DNA from: a virus
Taxonomy: Duplodnaviria; Caudoviricetes
Virus record (IMG/VR): IMGVR_UViG_3300021404_000012
Span: 1 to 61,874 of that record
Strand: one strand, 5' to 3'
Length of the DNA: 61,874 nt
Made by a program: the position numbers and the translations under genes
Notes under the pieces: generated by a model
Database searches by the model: none
What the model saw: only the letters and a program-made list of their open reading frames with translations
What the model was told of the DNA's origin: nothing
Shown: positions 46,427 to 55,704 of the stretch, in pieces
Position numbering within the stretch: position 1 is the stretch's first letter
Layout of the letters: every line of letters begins with the position of its first letter

Positions 46427-49400
46427 ATGGCTGCCGCTTACGACGACGACGAAGACGATGAAGACGATTTTGAGGAGACTACGGCGCAGAGCAGCGACGA
46501 GACTGATCCCGGTTCGCTTAGGTCCGCGCTGCAACCGGCACAGCCCCAGTACAGCCCCCAAACCGAGCCCACGGCTGAACCCGAGCCGACGCCTGAACCG
46601 ATAGCGCCGACGCCGGGTGCGGCTCCTGCATCGGAACCGGCGCCGGCGGCGGCTCAACCGGCAGCGCAACCGCCGCTGCAACTGCCCAAAGGGTGGACCG
46701 CCGATCCCGACGCCCAGCCGGTTTACATCAATCAGCAGCCGGCGGAGGAACCGGCACCCGAGGCCGGTTACCTATCTTCGGCGTGGGGTGGCTTACTCAA
46801 GGGCGGCGCGCAGGAGGTCGAGAAACTCGCCAACCTCACCGCGACGGGGATGCGCAAAGTCGGTAGCTGGACCGATCAGGACTGGGCCAAGAGCGGGGCC
46901 GACTGGCTCGACCAATCGACAAAGGGCTTGTCCGAAGCCGCTGCTAAAAATGCTCCAGTCGGTGACCTGTCAGTCAAGGATGCTTGGGACAAGGGTGTCA
47001 TCGGGCCTTGGATCACCGAGAAGGCTGCCGAGGGCGTCCTGCCATTGGCGGAACTCCTGGCGCTTGGGCGGTTCACAGGCCCGTGGGGGCCGATCGCCTA
47101 CGGCGCGGCGGTGGGCGCGGATCGGGAAGGGCGCCGCCCCGGCTCGACCCCTGAGAGTATAGGCGCGGCAGCGGCTGAAGGCGGGGTTATGTTCGCCGCG
47201 CCGCTTGGCCTGCAGAAGACCACTGAAAATCTCGGTCTCTTTAAGCGCGTCATCGCTAATGTTCTGGGGATGGGCGGGCTTGGCGCGGCTGGCGAGTACA
47301 CCGCGCCCGTACCCGAGGCGGTCGCCACCGGCACCTACAAGGCACCGACAGGCGAGCAGGTCGCGACGGGTGCGGCTACGGGCGCAGTTCAAGGCGCACC
47401 GCTCGCGGCGATGGGCGGACGCCGCGCACCGGAGACCCCGGCGGCGAATGAAGACCCGGCGGTCAAAGCCGCGACCGATGCAGCAGTAAATCCCCAGACC
47501 GTGCCAAATGACCAGGCCGTGCCACCCAATACGCGACCGGTGCCGCCTGGTGCTCCGCCAGGTGTCGATCAGCCGATGACCCCTACGGGGATGCCAAGAG
47601 TTACAGTTCCGACAGATACTGCGCCGCCGGTCGACACCAACCCGCTGCGCGCACGGCAGCAGGGGCTTGGGCAGGGCTACCAGACAACCCCGTCGGACTT
47701 CGCTGCCGGGGGTGCGACGACGACCCCGGCGCCGGATGCAACGGGTCGGGTACGCGGGCTGGGTCCGGCGACGCCGGGTATCGATCCGGCGGCAGAGGCG
47801 GCGCTCGCCGCGACGATGCCGCAAGGCCAGGAACCGCCGGCTAATACCCGCCCAGCACCGCCGGGTCCGCCGGCTGGTGTCGATCAGCCGATGACGCCGC
47901 CGGGGATGCCGCGTGTCGCGCCAACCGAACCCGCCGCGCCGCCCGCAAACCCGCTGCGCGCACGCCAGGAGGGGCTGGCGCAGGGGCCGACGACGCCAGC
48001 GAATTTTGCCGCCGAGGGGACGATCCCGCCGACGCCGCCCGACGTGAACGCGCCGGTGCCGCGTGTGCGCGGGCTTGGCCCGACACCGCCACCGGTGGAA
48101 GCGGCAGATCAGGCGCCGCCTAACGAGCGCCCGGTGCCGCCGGGTGCGCCCCCCGGTGTCAATGAGCCGATGGCACCGGGTGGGATGCCGCGCGTGACGC
48201 CACCCGAACCGGCTGCGCCAACGGAGCCCGTCAATCCCCTGCGCGAGCGGCAGCGGTTCCCCGAGCAGCCGACGACGCCGGCAGACTTCGAGACCGAGCG
48301 GCGCATCCCGACCGCGCCCAGCCCCGAGGAGTTGGAGCCGCCGGGAGGTCGCACGATCCGTCGCTACACAACGGAGCCCGACCACGAAAACCCAGACCAG
48401 CATGTGGCGAAGGACGAGGCTGGCAACGTCGTCGCGCTGGGTAGTACGCCCGAGATAGCGGTCGAGATGGCGCGAGCGCGGGAAGCAGCGGAGGCGCGCG
48501 AGGCTGCTACTGCTCCCACTACCGTAGTGGAGCCGGCGGCTGCACCGGCTGAACCAGCCCCGGTGGCACCGGCTGAACCAAAGGCATCGGCCAAAGCCAG
48601 GGCTAAGGGCGCAAAGATCACCCCCGCCGCTGCCGAGGTGCTCGACAAGGCGGAGGCTAAGCAGGCCGCGCCGGCGCCAGCACCAAAGGCCGCGACCGGC
48701 GAGGCGAAGGCAAAGCCTGCCCTCGTGGAGCTTGTCAGGAAAAGCCTGGGCGTCGGGAAGTCCAAGCCGGTCGAGACCACGGCGCAGACCACGCAGCGTG
48801 GCGAGACGCCCGCCGAACGTAGCGCGCGGATTGCTCGCGAGGTGAGAGCCGATGAGCGCGAGGCCAAACGTATGCCCGCAACGGCGACACCGGCGACGCG
48901 CGGTCTGGAGGATGTCGGCGGGCGTACCGCAGAGGAACAGGTCGAGCGCGTGCCGACAAGGACGCGTGAAGTGCAGACAGTTGCCGAGGCCGAGGGCCGC
49001 GAGACCAGCGAGCTGAAGTCCGATCAGCGCGCTGCCTCGACAACGAGCCTCGCGCTCAAGGCAAGCGATCTGCTGCACGACCATCTGGAAGGCCGGCTCA
49101 AAGACCCGATGGATATTTACGACCGTTACGGTGAGCCGAACGAAGGACGCGGGGCGCCGCGCAAATACGACACCTTCCTCGACTGGCTGAAGGACCGCAT
49201 CAAGACCGCCAAAAACCCCAAGGCGATGGAGGCGATCAACCGCGAAGCGGAGGAACTGAGGACCGACAAGACACTGACACCGGGTCAGCGCAACACGTTG
49301 ATCAAGCGACTGGCTGACCGGCTGCTTACGGAACGCGGCGCGCTCGACAAGATGAAGGCGATGCAGAAGGCGATCGAGATCGGGCTGAAAGAGCGGGCGA

Positions 49401-52400
49401 AACCGGGCGCGAGCGTCTCAAAATCCACGTCGGCGCTGGACAAGATGAAAGCCGCCATCGCGGCGCGCAAGCGGGGTGACAAACCTGCGCTGATGCCCGA
49501 CATGCCGACCGATGCTGCGGAAGTTGTTGCAAACGCGCAACGGCATGGGGTGAACGCGCCGATCGCGAAGCGGCTGGTCGAGAGCTATAAGCGGAATGTC
49601 GGTTTCGACATTCACGATTTTCTCGATGATGTCCTCACCAACCCGCACGCGATGGCGGACACGCCGCACTTCTATGAGCTGGCGCGGATGCTGAAGAACC
49701 TGCCGCGCGGCGCGGTGCGGGTGGCGGAGTGGGGTGTCGCCGGTCAGGACCCGTCGATAAAGGCTGGCGGGTTTTACCTTCACGACCTCATCGGGCTGAA
49801 ACTTGGTCAGTCAGGCGACGCGTCGCATATCGAGGCGCTGCTGCACGAGGGTACGCACGCCGCGACCTTTCACTTTTTAAGTGATATCGGTGACCGCATC
49901 GCGGCGGAGAAAGCCGGCGACACACCTTGGCCGAGGCCGGTGACGCCAGAGGAACGCCGTGTTTACGGCGCGATGCAGGCGTTGCAGCGCGAGCTTAACC
50001 GGATGCTCAAGAGCAGCGCGTCGCGCTCAGACATCGAGAATTTCTACACGCACTACGCGGCTCACGGTGGGCCAAGTCCCTTAACCGAGATGCCTACGAT
50101 GCTGATGACGAACCCGCACGCGCAGGCGTGGGCGCGGCGCACCGCACCGAGCAGGACGCTCAAAGCCGAGCTGACACGCCTCGGCATGGCACCCGAAGAA
50201 ACGACGACCGTGTGGAGCAGCTTTAAGAACGCGGTCCGCCGGATGTTTGGCGGACGGCCTGGGAGTGACAACGTACTCGAATGGGCGCTGCGCCCTCTTA
50301 CCGAGAGTGTCGATACTGGGATCAAGTACCGGGCAGAATACCCCGGTGTCTACGGCGAGGAATTTCCTTCACGGGTTGGCAGCGTCGCGGCGGCGTTGCG
50401 CGATGCCGAGACGAGGGATACCACAAGCCAGCGTGAGCTGACCCGTCAGACCCGCGAGCGGCTGACCGACGCATTGCCCGATCCCGAGGCGCGGCAGCGG
50501 CTGCAGAACTTTGGCGACCGGGTGGCGTACCTGAAGTTCAACAGCACCGACGACCTCAAGACGGCGCTGCGCAGGGCGAAAGGTGACAACCTTAAAACTC
50601 TGCGTTCCCTTGGGCTGCCCAGCATGTCCACGTCGTCGATCGCGCAGTATTACCAGCGTGAGGCGCCGTTCGCGGATGGCATTCGTGACCTGCGTGGTAA
50701 GATGCAGCGGGCGCAGCAGGAGGTGATCGCGAGGCACGGGGATCAGGTGCGCGACTGGTACAAGCAGTTGAAGAAAGCCGGCAATGATTTTGGTGACTTC
50801 CTCAACAATGTGACACTGGCGAAGGCATCGATCGGGCACGCCGATTTCGATGCGCGCAACGCCCACCTCAACGCCGACGAGCTGAAGGTGGCGCAGGGGC
50901 TGCAGCAGCAGTACGAGGCGATGCCGCGTCATCAGCAGCAGCTCTATCAGGAGCTGCGGGACTTCTACCTCGAACGCGGCTGGGCCGAGCGGCACGCGGC
51001 GGCTGACTACGCGATCGACATGGGCCTGTCGGGTGGCGAACACCCGATCACCGACGAACAGCGCGCCCAGCTCAGGCGCATCCTGCGGTCAAAGACCGAG
51101 CTGGATAACCTCCTGCGCAATCCCGACAGCAGCGACTACGCCAGGTCGATGGGCGAAGCCTGGGCTCAGAACGGGGCGATGACCAAGGAAATCCTGCGGA
51201 TGCACCGCCAGGGGTGGATCGATGGCGACTACTTCCCGCTGCGCCGCTATGGCGACTGGATCGTCACCACGGGCGATCCGCTGAACCCGCAGGAGACCGG
51301 GCACGCCGTTCACTTCTTTGAGCGGTCGAGCGAGGCCGAGGCGTTCCGCGACGGGCTTGAGGCTGAAAAGACCGAGCCCGGTCAGCCCCGTATGAAAATC
51401 TCGCCGGTCATCCAGAAGGCGACGCACGCCGCCGGCTACGAGGCGCTGCGGGGCGTGCTTCCCGAGCGGATGCTGGCGCAGTTCGAGAGCGCCGCGACCG
51501 CGCGGGGGATGAACGAGGAACAGCGGTCAACCGCGCGCGACGCGCTCGCCGGGACGCTGATGCACTACCTGACGCAGAGCCAGGGGGCGCGGCTGAACCT
51601 CAAGCGGCGGGGTGTGGCCGGTGCGTCCAGCGACGCCGGCAAGGTGCTGGCGAACGAGCTGACGACCCATGCCGCGCGGATGGGGTTCCTGTCGCACGGC
51701 GCCGAGGAGAACATGGCGTTTGGCAACGCCGAGCGGTACGTGAAGAACTTGCAGCAGGCGCGCGCACCGGCGACCGCCGACGAGATCGCCGCCTCGCGCC
51801 AGCGGCTCAACGAGGCCGAGGCGAAATTCAAGGCTGGCGATCCGGCATACAGCCGCGCGGAGATCGAGGACCTGCGCCAGCAGCACGCGTGGCTGGAGAA
51901 GCCGCCCTCGACCGCTGACCAGAACGCGGCACGGTCGGTGCTCGACGAGCTGAAGGCGCGGCGCGGGCCGATCGACGGCGACGAGAGCACGAAGTGGCTG
52001 GGCGCGGGCGCCAGGGGCTTCACTACCGGTAGTTTCATCTACCACCTTATCCGTCCGGCGCAGATGCTCTACCAGACACTCGACGCGCACGCCAACGCGC
52101 AGGCGTTCCTGGGCGGGCGGTTCGGGCAGGCGCGCGCGGGTGCCGCGCTGGTGCGGGCACTCAAGGATATCGGGCCGATGGGGGTTGGCGGAACCGTCCG
52201 CAACTCGTTCCGCGCCGCACACGGCGCGATGAAGGAGAGCGACTGGCACTTCTCTGACATGTTCGAGAAGAAGCTGGCGACGCTGTTTCAGGGTCCAAAT
52301 GTGACTAAGGAAGCAGCCGCTGCAAAAGCGAAGGCGCTGATGGACGCGGCGAACGATCGCGGCCTGATCAACATGAGCCAGATGCGCGAGCTGCAGCGCA

Positions 52401-53620
52401 TGTCCAGGCCGGGGGCGTTCCAGTTCGAGAACGAGAAGTTCGCCGTCGGGCGCAATATGATGAACCTGTTCACCGCTGCCAACCACGGCACCGATGCGAC
52501 CAACCGCATGGCGATCCTCAAGGCGGGGTATGACCTGGGGATGCGCGAGCACGGCAACGAGGCGCGGGCGATCAAGGAAGCGGTCGATCTCGCCGAGCGG
52601 TCGATGCCTAACTTCAGCTACTGGAATAAACCCCGGATCGCCACCGAGCGCAGCCCGCTGATGCGCGGCAACCCGTTTATCGCCTTGCCGATGCAGTACA
52701 AAATCTACGGGCTCAACATGTACGGCACGATGGCGTCGCTGGTGAAGCAGGCAGTGACCCGCCCCGAGGAGCGGGCGCAGGCGGTCAAGACGCTCGCCGG
52801 CCTGTTCGCGACGCACTCGCTGCTGGTCGGGGCGACAGCCAATGCTTTTGGTGTCCCGATCAACCTGATGACCGGTATCTGGGACTACATCACCGGCAAG
52901 CCGGGGCCGCACGATTACGAGACGGACCTGCGCCGCTGGATGACCTCGACGATGGGCGAGCCGGCGAGCACGTTCCTCTCGCGCGGCGCGCTGGGCTCGC
53001 TGGGGCTCGACGCCCACCGCTCGCTCAAGCTGAGCAACATGATCGACGTGCCCGAGATTGCGAGCTTTGACCGCCAGGGGGTGACGGCGGCGCTGGCCCA
53101 AGCGGCGGTGGGTTCGTCCGGCGAGCTGTCGGAGCAGATCGTGCAGGGGTTCCACCACTTGTTCCAGGGCAACATCCAGCGGGGCGCAATCGAGTTAGCG
53201 CCGCGCATGGTGGCCGACGTGGTGAAAGCGGTTGACCTCAGTCACAAGGGGCTGACCGACACCCACGGCAATCCGATCCTGCGGCCCGATCAGATCGCCG
53301 CGTCGACGCCGATCCTCAAGGCACTGGGCGTCAGCCCGATGCAGACCGCGCACGCCTACGACCAGCGGGCGGCGATCAACGAGTTTGAGAAGGAAGTCGA
53401 TACGGCGCGCCAGGTCGCGCTCGACAAGTTTGTCCAGGGCGACGGCAGCGCCGTCCGTGCCTACAACATGAACCGGGGCGTCGGGTATCCGCCGATCAGC
53501 CTCGACGACCTGAAGAATGCCCGCGCGCGCTGGCTTAACCGGGCGAAGACGCCGCAGACCCTTGGGCTCGCCGTGTCGAAGCGGATGCTGCCGGGGGCTG
53601 TCTCGGCGGGGCAGTTCTGA
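46427..53620 (+). CDS. Giant (2397 aa) polyvalent ejection protein with zincin HExxH and PLxRxG motif
   Basis: LLHEGTHAAT; YFPLRRYGDW; last gene of the virion operon. Confidence 0.75.
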   Translation: MAAAYDDDEDDEDDFEETTAQSSDETDPGSLRSALQPAQPQYSPQTEPTAEPEPTPEPIAPTPGAAPASEPAPAAAQPAAQPPLQLPKGWTADPDAQPVYINQQPAEEPAPEAGYLSSAWGGLLKGGAQEVEKLANLTATGMRKVGSWTDQDWAKSGADWLDQSTKGLSEAAAKNAPVGDLSVKDAWDKGVIGPWITEKAAEGVLPLAELLALGRFTGPWGPIAYGAAVGADREGRRPGSTPESIGAAAAEGGVMFAAPLGLQKTTENLGLFKRVIANVLGMGGLGAAGEYTAPVPEAVATGTYKAPTGEQVATGAATGAVQGAPLAAMGGRRAPETPAANEDPAVKAATDAAVNPQTVPNDQAVPPNTRPVPPGAPPGVDQPMTPTGMPRVTVPTDTAPPVDTNPLRARQQGLGQGYQTTPSDFAAGGATTTPAPDATGRVRGLGPATPGIDPAAEAALAATMPQGQEPPANTRPAPPGPPAGVDQPMTPPGMPRVAPTEPAAPPANPLRARQEGLAQGPTTPANFAAEGTIPPTPPDVNAPVPRVRGLGPTPPPVEAADQAPPNERPVPPGAPPGVNEPMAPGGMPRVTPPEPAAPTEPVNPLRERQRFPEQPTTPADFETERRIPTAPSPEELEPPGGRTIRRYTTEPDHENPDQHVAKDEAGNVVALGSTPEIAVEMARAREAAEAREAATAPTTVVEPAAAPAEPAPVAPAEPKASAKARAKGAKITPAAAEVLDKAEAKQAAPAPAPKAATGEAKAKPALVELVRKSLGVGKSKPVETTAQTTQRGETPAERSARIAREVRADEREAKRMPATATPATRGLEDVGGRTAEEQVERVPTRTREVQTVAEAEGRETSELKSDQRAASTTSLALKASDLLHDHLEGRLKDPMDIYDRYGEPNEGRGAPRKYDTFLDWLKDRIKTAKNPKAMEAINREAEELRTDKTLTPGQRNTLIKRLADRLLTERGALDKMKAMQKAIEIGLKERAKPGASVSKSTSALDKMKAAIAARKRGDKPALMPDMPTDAAEVVANAQRHGVNAPIAKRLVESYKRNVGFDIHDFLDDVLTNPHAMADTPHFYELARMLKNLPRGAVRVAEWGVAGQDPSIKAGGFYLHDLIGLKLGQSGDASHIEALLHEGTHAATFHFLSDIGDRIAAEKAGDTPWPRPVTPEERRVYGAMQALQRELNRMLKSSASRSDIENFYTHYAAHGGPSPLTEMPTMLMTNPHAQAWARRTAPSRTLKAELTRLGMAPEETTTVWSSFKNAVRRMFGGRPGSDNVLEWALRPLTESVDTGIKYRAEYPGVYGEEFPSRVGSVAAALRDAETRDTTSQRELTRQTRERLTDALPDPEARQRLQNFGDRVAYLKFNSTDDLKTALRRAKGDNLKTLRSLGLPSMSTSSIAQYYQREAPFADGIRDLRGKMQRAQQEVIARHGDQVRDWYKQLKKAGNDFGDFLNNVTLAKASIGHADFDARNAHLNADELKVAQGLQQQYEAMPRHQQQLYQELRDFYLERGWAERHAAADYAIDMGLSGGEHPITDEQRAQLRRILRSKTELDNLLRNPDSSDYARSMGEAWAQNGAMTKEILRMHRQGWIDGDYFPLRRYGDWIVTTGDPLNPQETGHAVHFFERSSEAEAFRDGLEAEKTEPGQPRMKISPVIQKATHAAGYEALRGVLPERMLAQFESAATARGMNEEQRSTARDALAGTLMHYLTQSQGARLNLKRRGVAGASSDAGKVLANELTTHAARMGFLSHGAEENMAFGNAERYVKNLQQARAPATADEIAASRQRLNEAEAKFKAGDPAYSRAEIEDLRQQHAWLEKPPSTADQNAARSVLDELKARRGPIDGDESTKWLGAGARGFTTGSFIYHLIRPAQMLYQTLDAHANAQAFLGGRFGQARAGAALVRALKDIGPMGVGGTVRNSFRAAHGAMKESDWHFSDMFEKKLATLFQGPNVTKEAAAAKAKALMDAANDRGLINMSQMRELQRMSRPGAFQFENEKFAVGRNMMNLFTAANHGTDATNRMAILKAGYDLGMREHGNEARAIKEAVDLAERSMPNFSYWNKPRIATERSPLMRGNPFIALPMQYKIYGLNMYGTMASLVKQAVTRPEERAQAVKTLAGLFATHSLLVGATANAFGVPINLMTGIWDYITGKPGPHDYETDLRRWMTSTMGEPASTFLSRGALGSLGLDAHRSLKLSNMIDVPEIASFDRQGVTAALAQAAVGSSGELSEQIVQGFHHLFQGNIQRGAIELAPRMVADVVKAVDLSHKGLTDTHGNPILRPDQIAASTPILKALGVSPMQTAHAYDQRAAINEFEKEVDTARQVALDKFVQGDGSAVRAYNMNRGVGYPPISLDDLKNARARWLNRAKTPQTLGLAVSKRMLPGAVSAGQF
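47522..48290 (+). repeat. Three ~100-codon internal repeats in the giant protein
   Basis: N.RP.PPG.P.GV..PM.P.GMPRV...NPLR.RQ at ~47522, ~47837 and ~48116. Confidence 0.8.
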
Positions 53621-53716
53621 GTTGCCGTGGATGGGCGTAACGACGCTGGACCCAGCGTCCGACCTGAAACGCGGACAGTCGCTATCCGCGACGGCACCTA
53701 GTGGAGGAGGTTGACT

Positions 53717-53863
53717 ATGCCATTGAAGAAGGGTTCGTCCCGCGAAACCATCTCCTCGAATATCAAGACCGAAATTGCCGCCGGCAGGCCGCAGAAGCAG
53801 GCCGTTGCCATCGCATTAAACACGGCTGGCAAGAGCCGCCCCTCGGGTGGTAGAAAGAAGTAG
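53717..53863 (+). CDS. Small basic phage protein (48 aa)
   Basis: [34 protein letters not shown]...; GGAGG RBS. Confidence 0.75.
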   Translation: MPLKKGSSRETISSNIKTEIAAGRPQKQAVAIALNTAGKSRPSGGRKK

Positions 53864-53965
53864 CCCTACCTCGGGCGAGAACCCCTAAAGAAGCGCGAGC
53901 CCTGTTGGCAGCGCGAACCCAGCTACAGGCGCGAGCCCCGGAGGAGGTGCCAACCCCCGTAACAA
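53861..53965 (+). ncRNA. TIGR-like guide array (about 3 units) at the end of the virion operon
   Basis: AGCCC-N8-GCGAGAACCC-N8-GCGCGAGCCC-N8-GCGCGAACCC-N8-GCGCGAGCCC. Confidence 0.8.
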
Positions 53966-54118
53966 AGGTTGACACCCCCCCGACTATGGACGCACGATCT
54001 TGACGACGATGCGTAAGATCAATACGATCCTCAGCCGGAACCGCCGATGCTTTGCCATCGTCAGTTCCTCCGAAGGTGCCGGATGGTCCACCCATCCGGC
54101 ATTTCCTTTTTAGCACAT

Positions 54119-54295
54119 ATGCCTGACGATCGCCCCGATCAAAAGTTGACCCTCGACGAGCAGATCGAGCGCGCTTACTGCGCCCAATATATGCGTCGGG
54201 TGGTCGAGGCTGAGCTGGACCCGACAAACTTTACCAAGGCGATGCGTGAGGGCAAGCGGCGGCAGCCATCGCCGAGGGCGCTGCCCACGGGTTGA
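54119..54295 (+). CDS. Hypothetical protein
   Basis: 58-aa ORF. Confidence 0.4.
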   Translation: MPDDRPDQKLTLDEQIERAYCAQYMRRVVEAELDPTNFTKAMREGKRRQPSPRALPTG

Positions 54296-54320
54296 CTTTA
54301 CCCGCCGCAGGTTGCATATG
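54292..54320 (+). promoter_or_regulatory. Promoter of the structured RNA
   Basis: TTGACT-N17-CATATG. Confidence 0.55.
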
Positions 54321-54325
54321 GGAAA

Positions 54326-54536
54326 GCGGAGCCTACAAACTCCCACGACGGACCCGGCTTGGGTTCGCGTCGCAATTCGGTGAAGCGTGCCCACGGCTGG
54401 CTACTTAGGTGACACTAACGCACCTTTGCCGTGGGCGCGACCGGCCAGCTATGCCGGGAGTGTCACGGCTATACAAGAACCTTCGGGTGAAGGTCGCGGC
54501 GCACGTTTTCACCGACGTGTTTGTAGGCTCCCGGTA
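54326..54536 (+). ncRNA. C4-like antisense/structured RNA
   Basis: 13-bp inverted repeat 54328-54340/54519-54531, nested stems, TATGCCGGG...CCTTCGGG hallmark. Confidence 0.6.
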
Positions 54537-54641
54537 CCAGGGTCTTCCCGGTAACTAAGGGTCTATTACCGGTACAAATTCCGTTGACATCCGTGAACCT
54601 ACGATAGTTATAATAACGCTAAGAAACAACGGGAGGCGGCA

Positions 54642-54791
54642 GTGGTGTTATCGCCGTTGGCGATCCACCTCGCCAACGTATCGCCGGGACGGCTCAGTAA
54701 CGGAACACGTCTCCGTGTTTTGACGCTGGCGCGCTGGGCGCTCGAAATCCTCATCATCGCTGTGCTGGTTTTAGCGGCCCACTACGGGTAG
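54642..54791 (+). CDS. Small membrane peptide (49 aa)
   Basis: GGGAGG RBS, GTG start, C-terminal TM helix. Confidence 0.35.
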   Translation: MVLSPLAIHLANVSPGRLSNGTRLRVLTLARWALEILIIAVLVLAAHYG

Positions 54792-54823
54792 TGGCTGGCC
54801 CATAACAAACATCTGAACAGGAG

Positions 54824-55192
54824 GTGAAAGTGCCCCATACTATCGATGTGTATGTTGGGCAACGTATTCGGATAAAGCGGTCACTCTTACAGCTCTCGCA
54901 AGAAGAACTAGCCCGCCAGTTAGGGATAACGTTTCAACAGGTTCAGAAATATGAGAGAGGAACTAACCGGGTCAGCGCCTCGCGCCTGTTCGAGATTGCG
55001 GCAGTGCTTAACGAACCTGTGAATTTCTTTTTTCCGGAGGCCCACCGCGATGATGATGTCTACGATCTCGTTGACGACCAGCAAATGGTAAGTTTGCTGC
55101 GCAGCTTTGCTACGATCGGCAGCCCCCTGATCCGCAAGAAAGTGGTCAACCTCATTATCGCGATGGCCGGTGTGCTTCCCGGTAGTGTTTAA
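54824..55192 (+). CDS. XRE-family HTH transcriptional repressor
   Basis: VGQRIR...SQEELARQLGITFQQVQKYERGTNRVSASRL (alphaproteobacterial type). Confidence 0.9.
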   Translation: MKVPHTIDVYVGQRIRIKRSLLQLSQEELARQLGITFQQVQKYERGTNRVSASRLFEIAAVLNEPVNFFFPEAHRDDDVYDLVDDQQMVSLLRSFATIGSPLIRKKVVNLIIAMAGVLPGSV

Positions 55193-55466
55193 ACACGTCG
55201 TCAACCCTGACGCCGCATGCGCGGCAGAACCCGACTTTGGCATGGTAGGTCGAGTGCTCAGCGTAAGCCGGTGCCGCCGAGGTTAGGTGGTGGTGACCGT
55301 TAGCGAACGGTGCCCCCGGCGGGCCGGTGAAGCCAATCCGCTCCGTGACCATTTTGCTCAGCACGTCGTTGACCGTGCGGCCAAGGATGTGGGCGGTGTC
55401 GCGCAGGCTAACCCCGCTCACGGCGTAGCGGTGCAGTGCCGCTACGTCTTCCTGGCTCCAGCGCAT
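55155..55466 (-). CDS. Small HTH protein with possible Zn-binding tail
   Basis: WSQED...GVSLRDTAHILGRT; CRAC. Confidence 0.55.
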   Translation of the reverse strand: MRWSQEDVAALHRYAVSGVSLRDTAHILGRTVNDVLSKMVTERIGFTGPPGAPFANGHHHLTSAAPAYAEHSTYHAKVGFCRACGVRVDDVFKHYREAHRPSR

Positions 55467-55467
55467 G

Positions 55468-55644
55468 TCACGCCGCCAGCGACTGGATGTACTCGATGGG
55501 CGACGTGGTGATCAGTCGCTTCTTGCCGGCTTTGACCGAGGCGATCGTACCGGCATTGATGAGGATGTAGACGTAGGTCTTCGACAGGCTGGTTTGTTCA
55601 GCCCAATCGCGAACGGTCCAGGCGACAATCGGGGGGGTTGTCAT
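55468..55644 (-). CDS. Excisionase (MerR/AlpA-like HTH)
   Basis: TVRDWAEQTSLSKTYVYILINAGTIASVKAGKKRLI; adjacent to the integrase. Confidence 0.8.
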   Translation of the reverse strand: MTTPPIVAWTVRDWAEQTSLSKTYVYILINAGTIASVKAGKKRLITTSPIEYIQSLAA

Positions 55645-55704
55645 AGTAGGACCCTCATAAGATCGGGTGCTCATATAAGAGCACCCGTGGTCTATGGTCA
55701 ACGA

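Noticed and set aside
46970-53158. Long antisense ORFs (46970-49084, 51527-53158 and similar elsewhere)
   Set aside because: Shadow ORFs of GC-rich genes on the opposite strand, without RBS or recognisable motifs
54406-54413. Single-spacer 8-mer matches such as TTAGGTGA in the C4-like RNA
   Set aside because: An 8-mer is expected about twice by chance in 62 kb on both strands, and the partner spacer does not match
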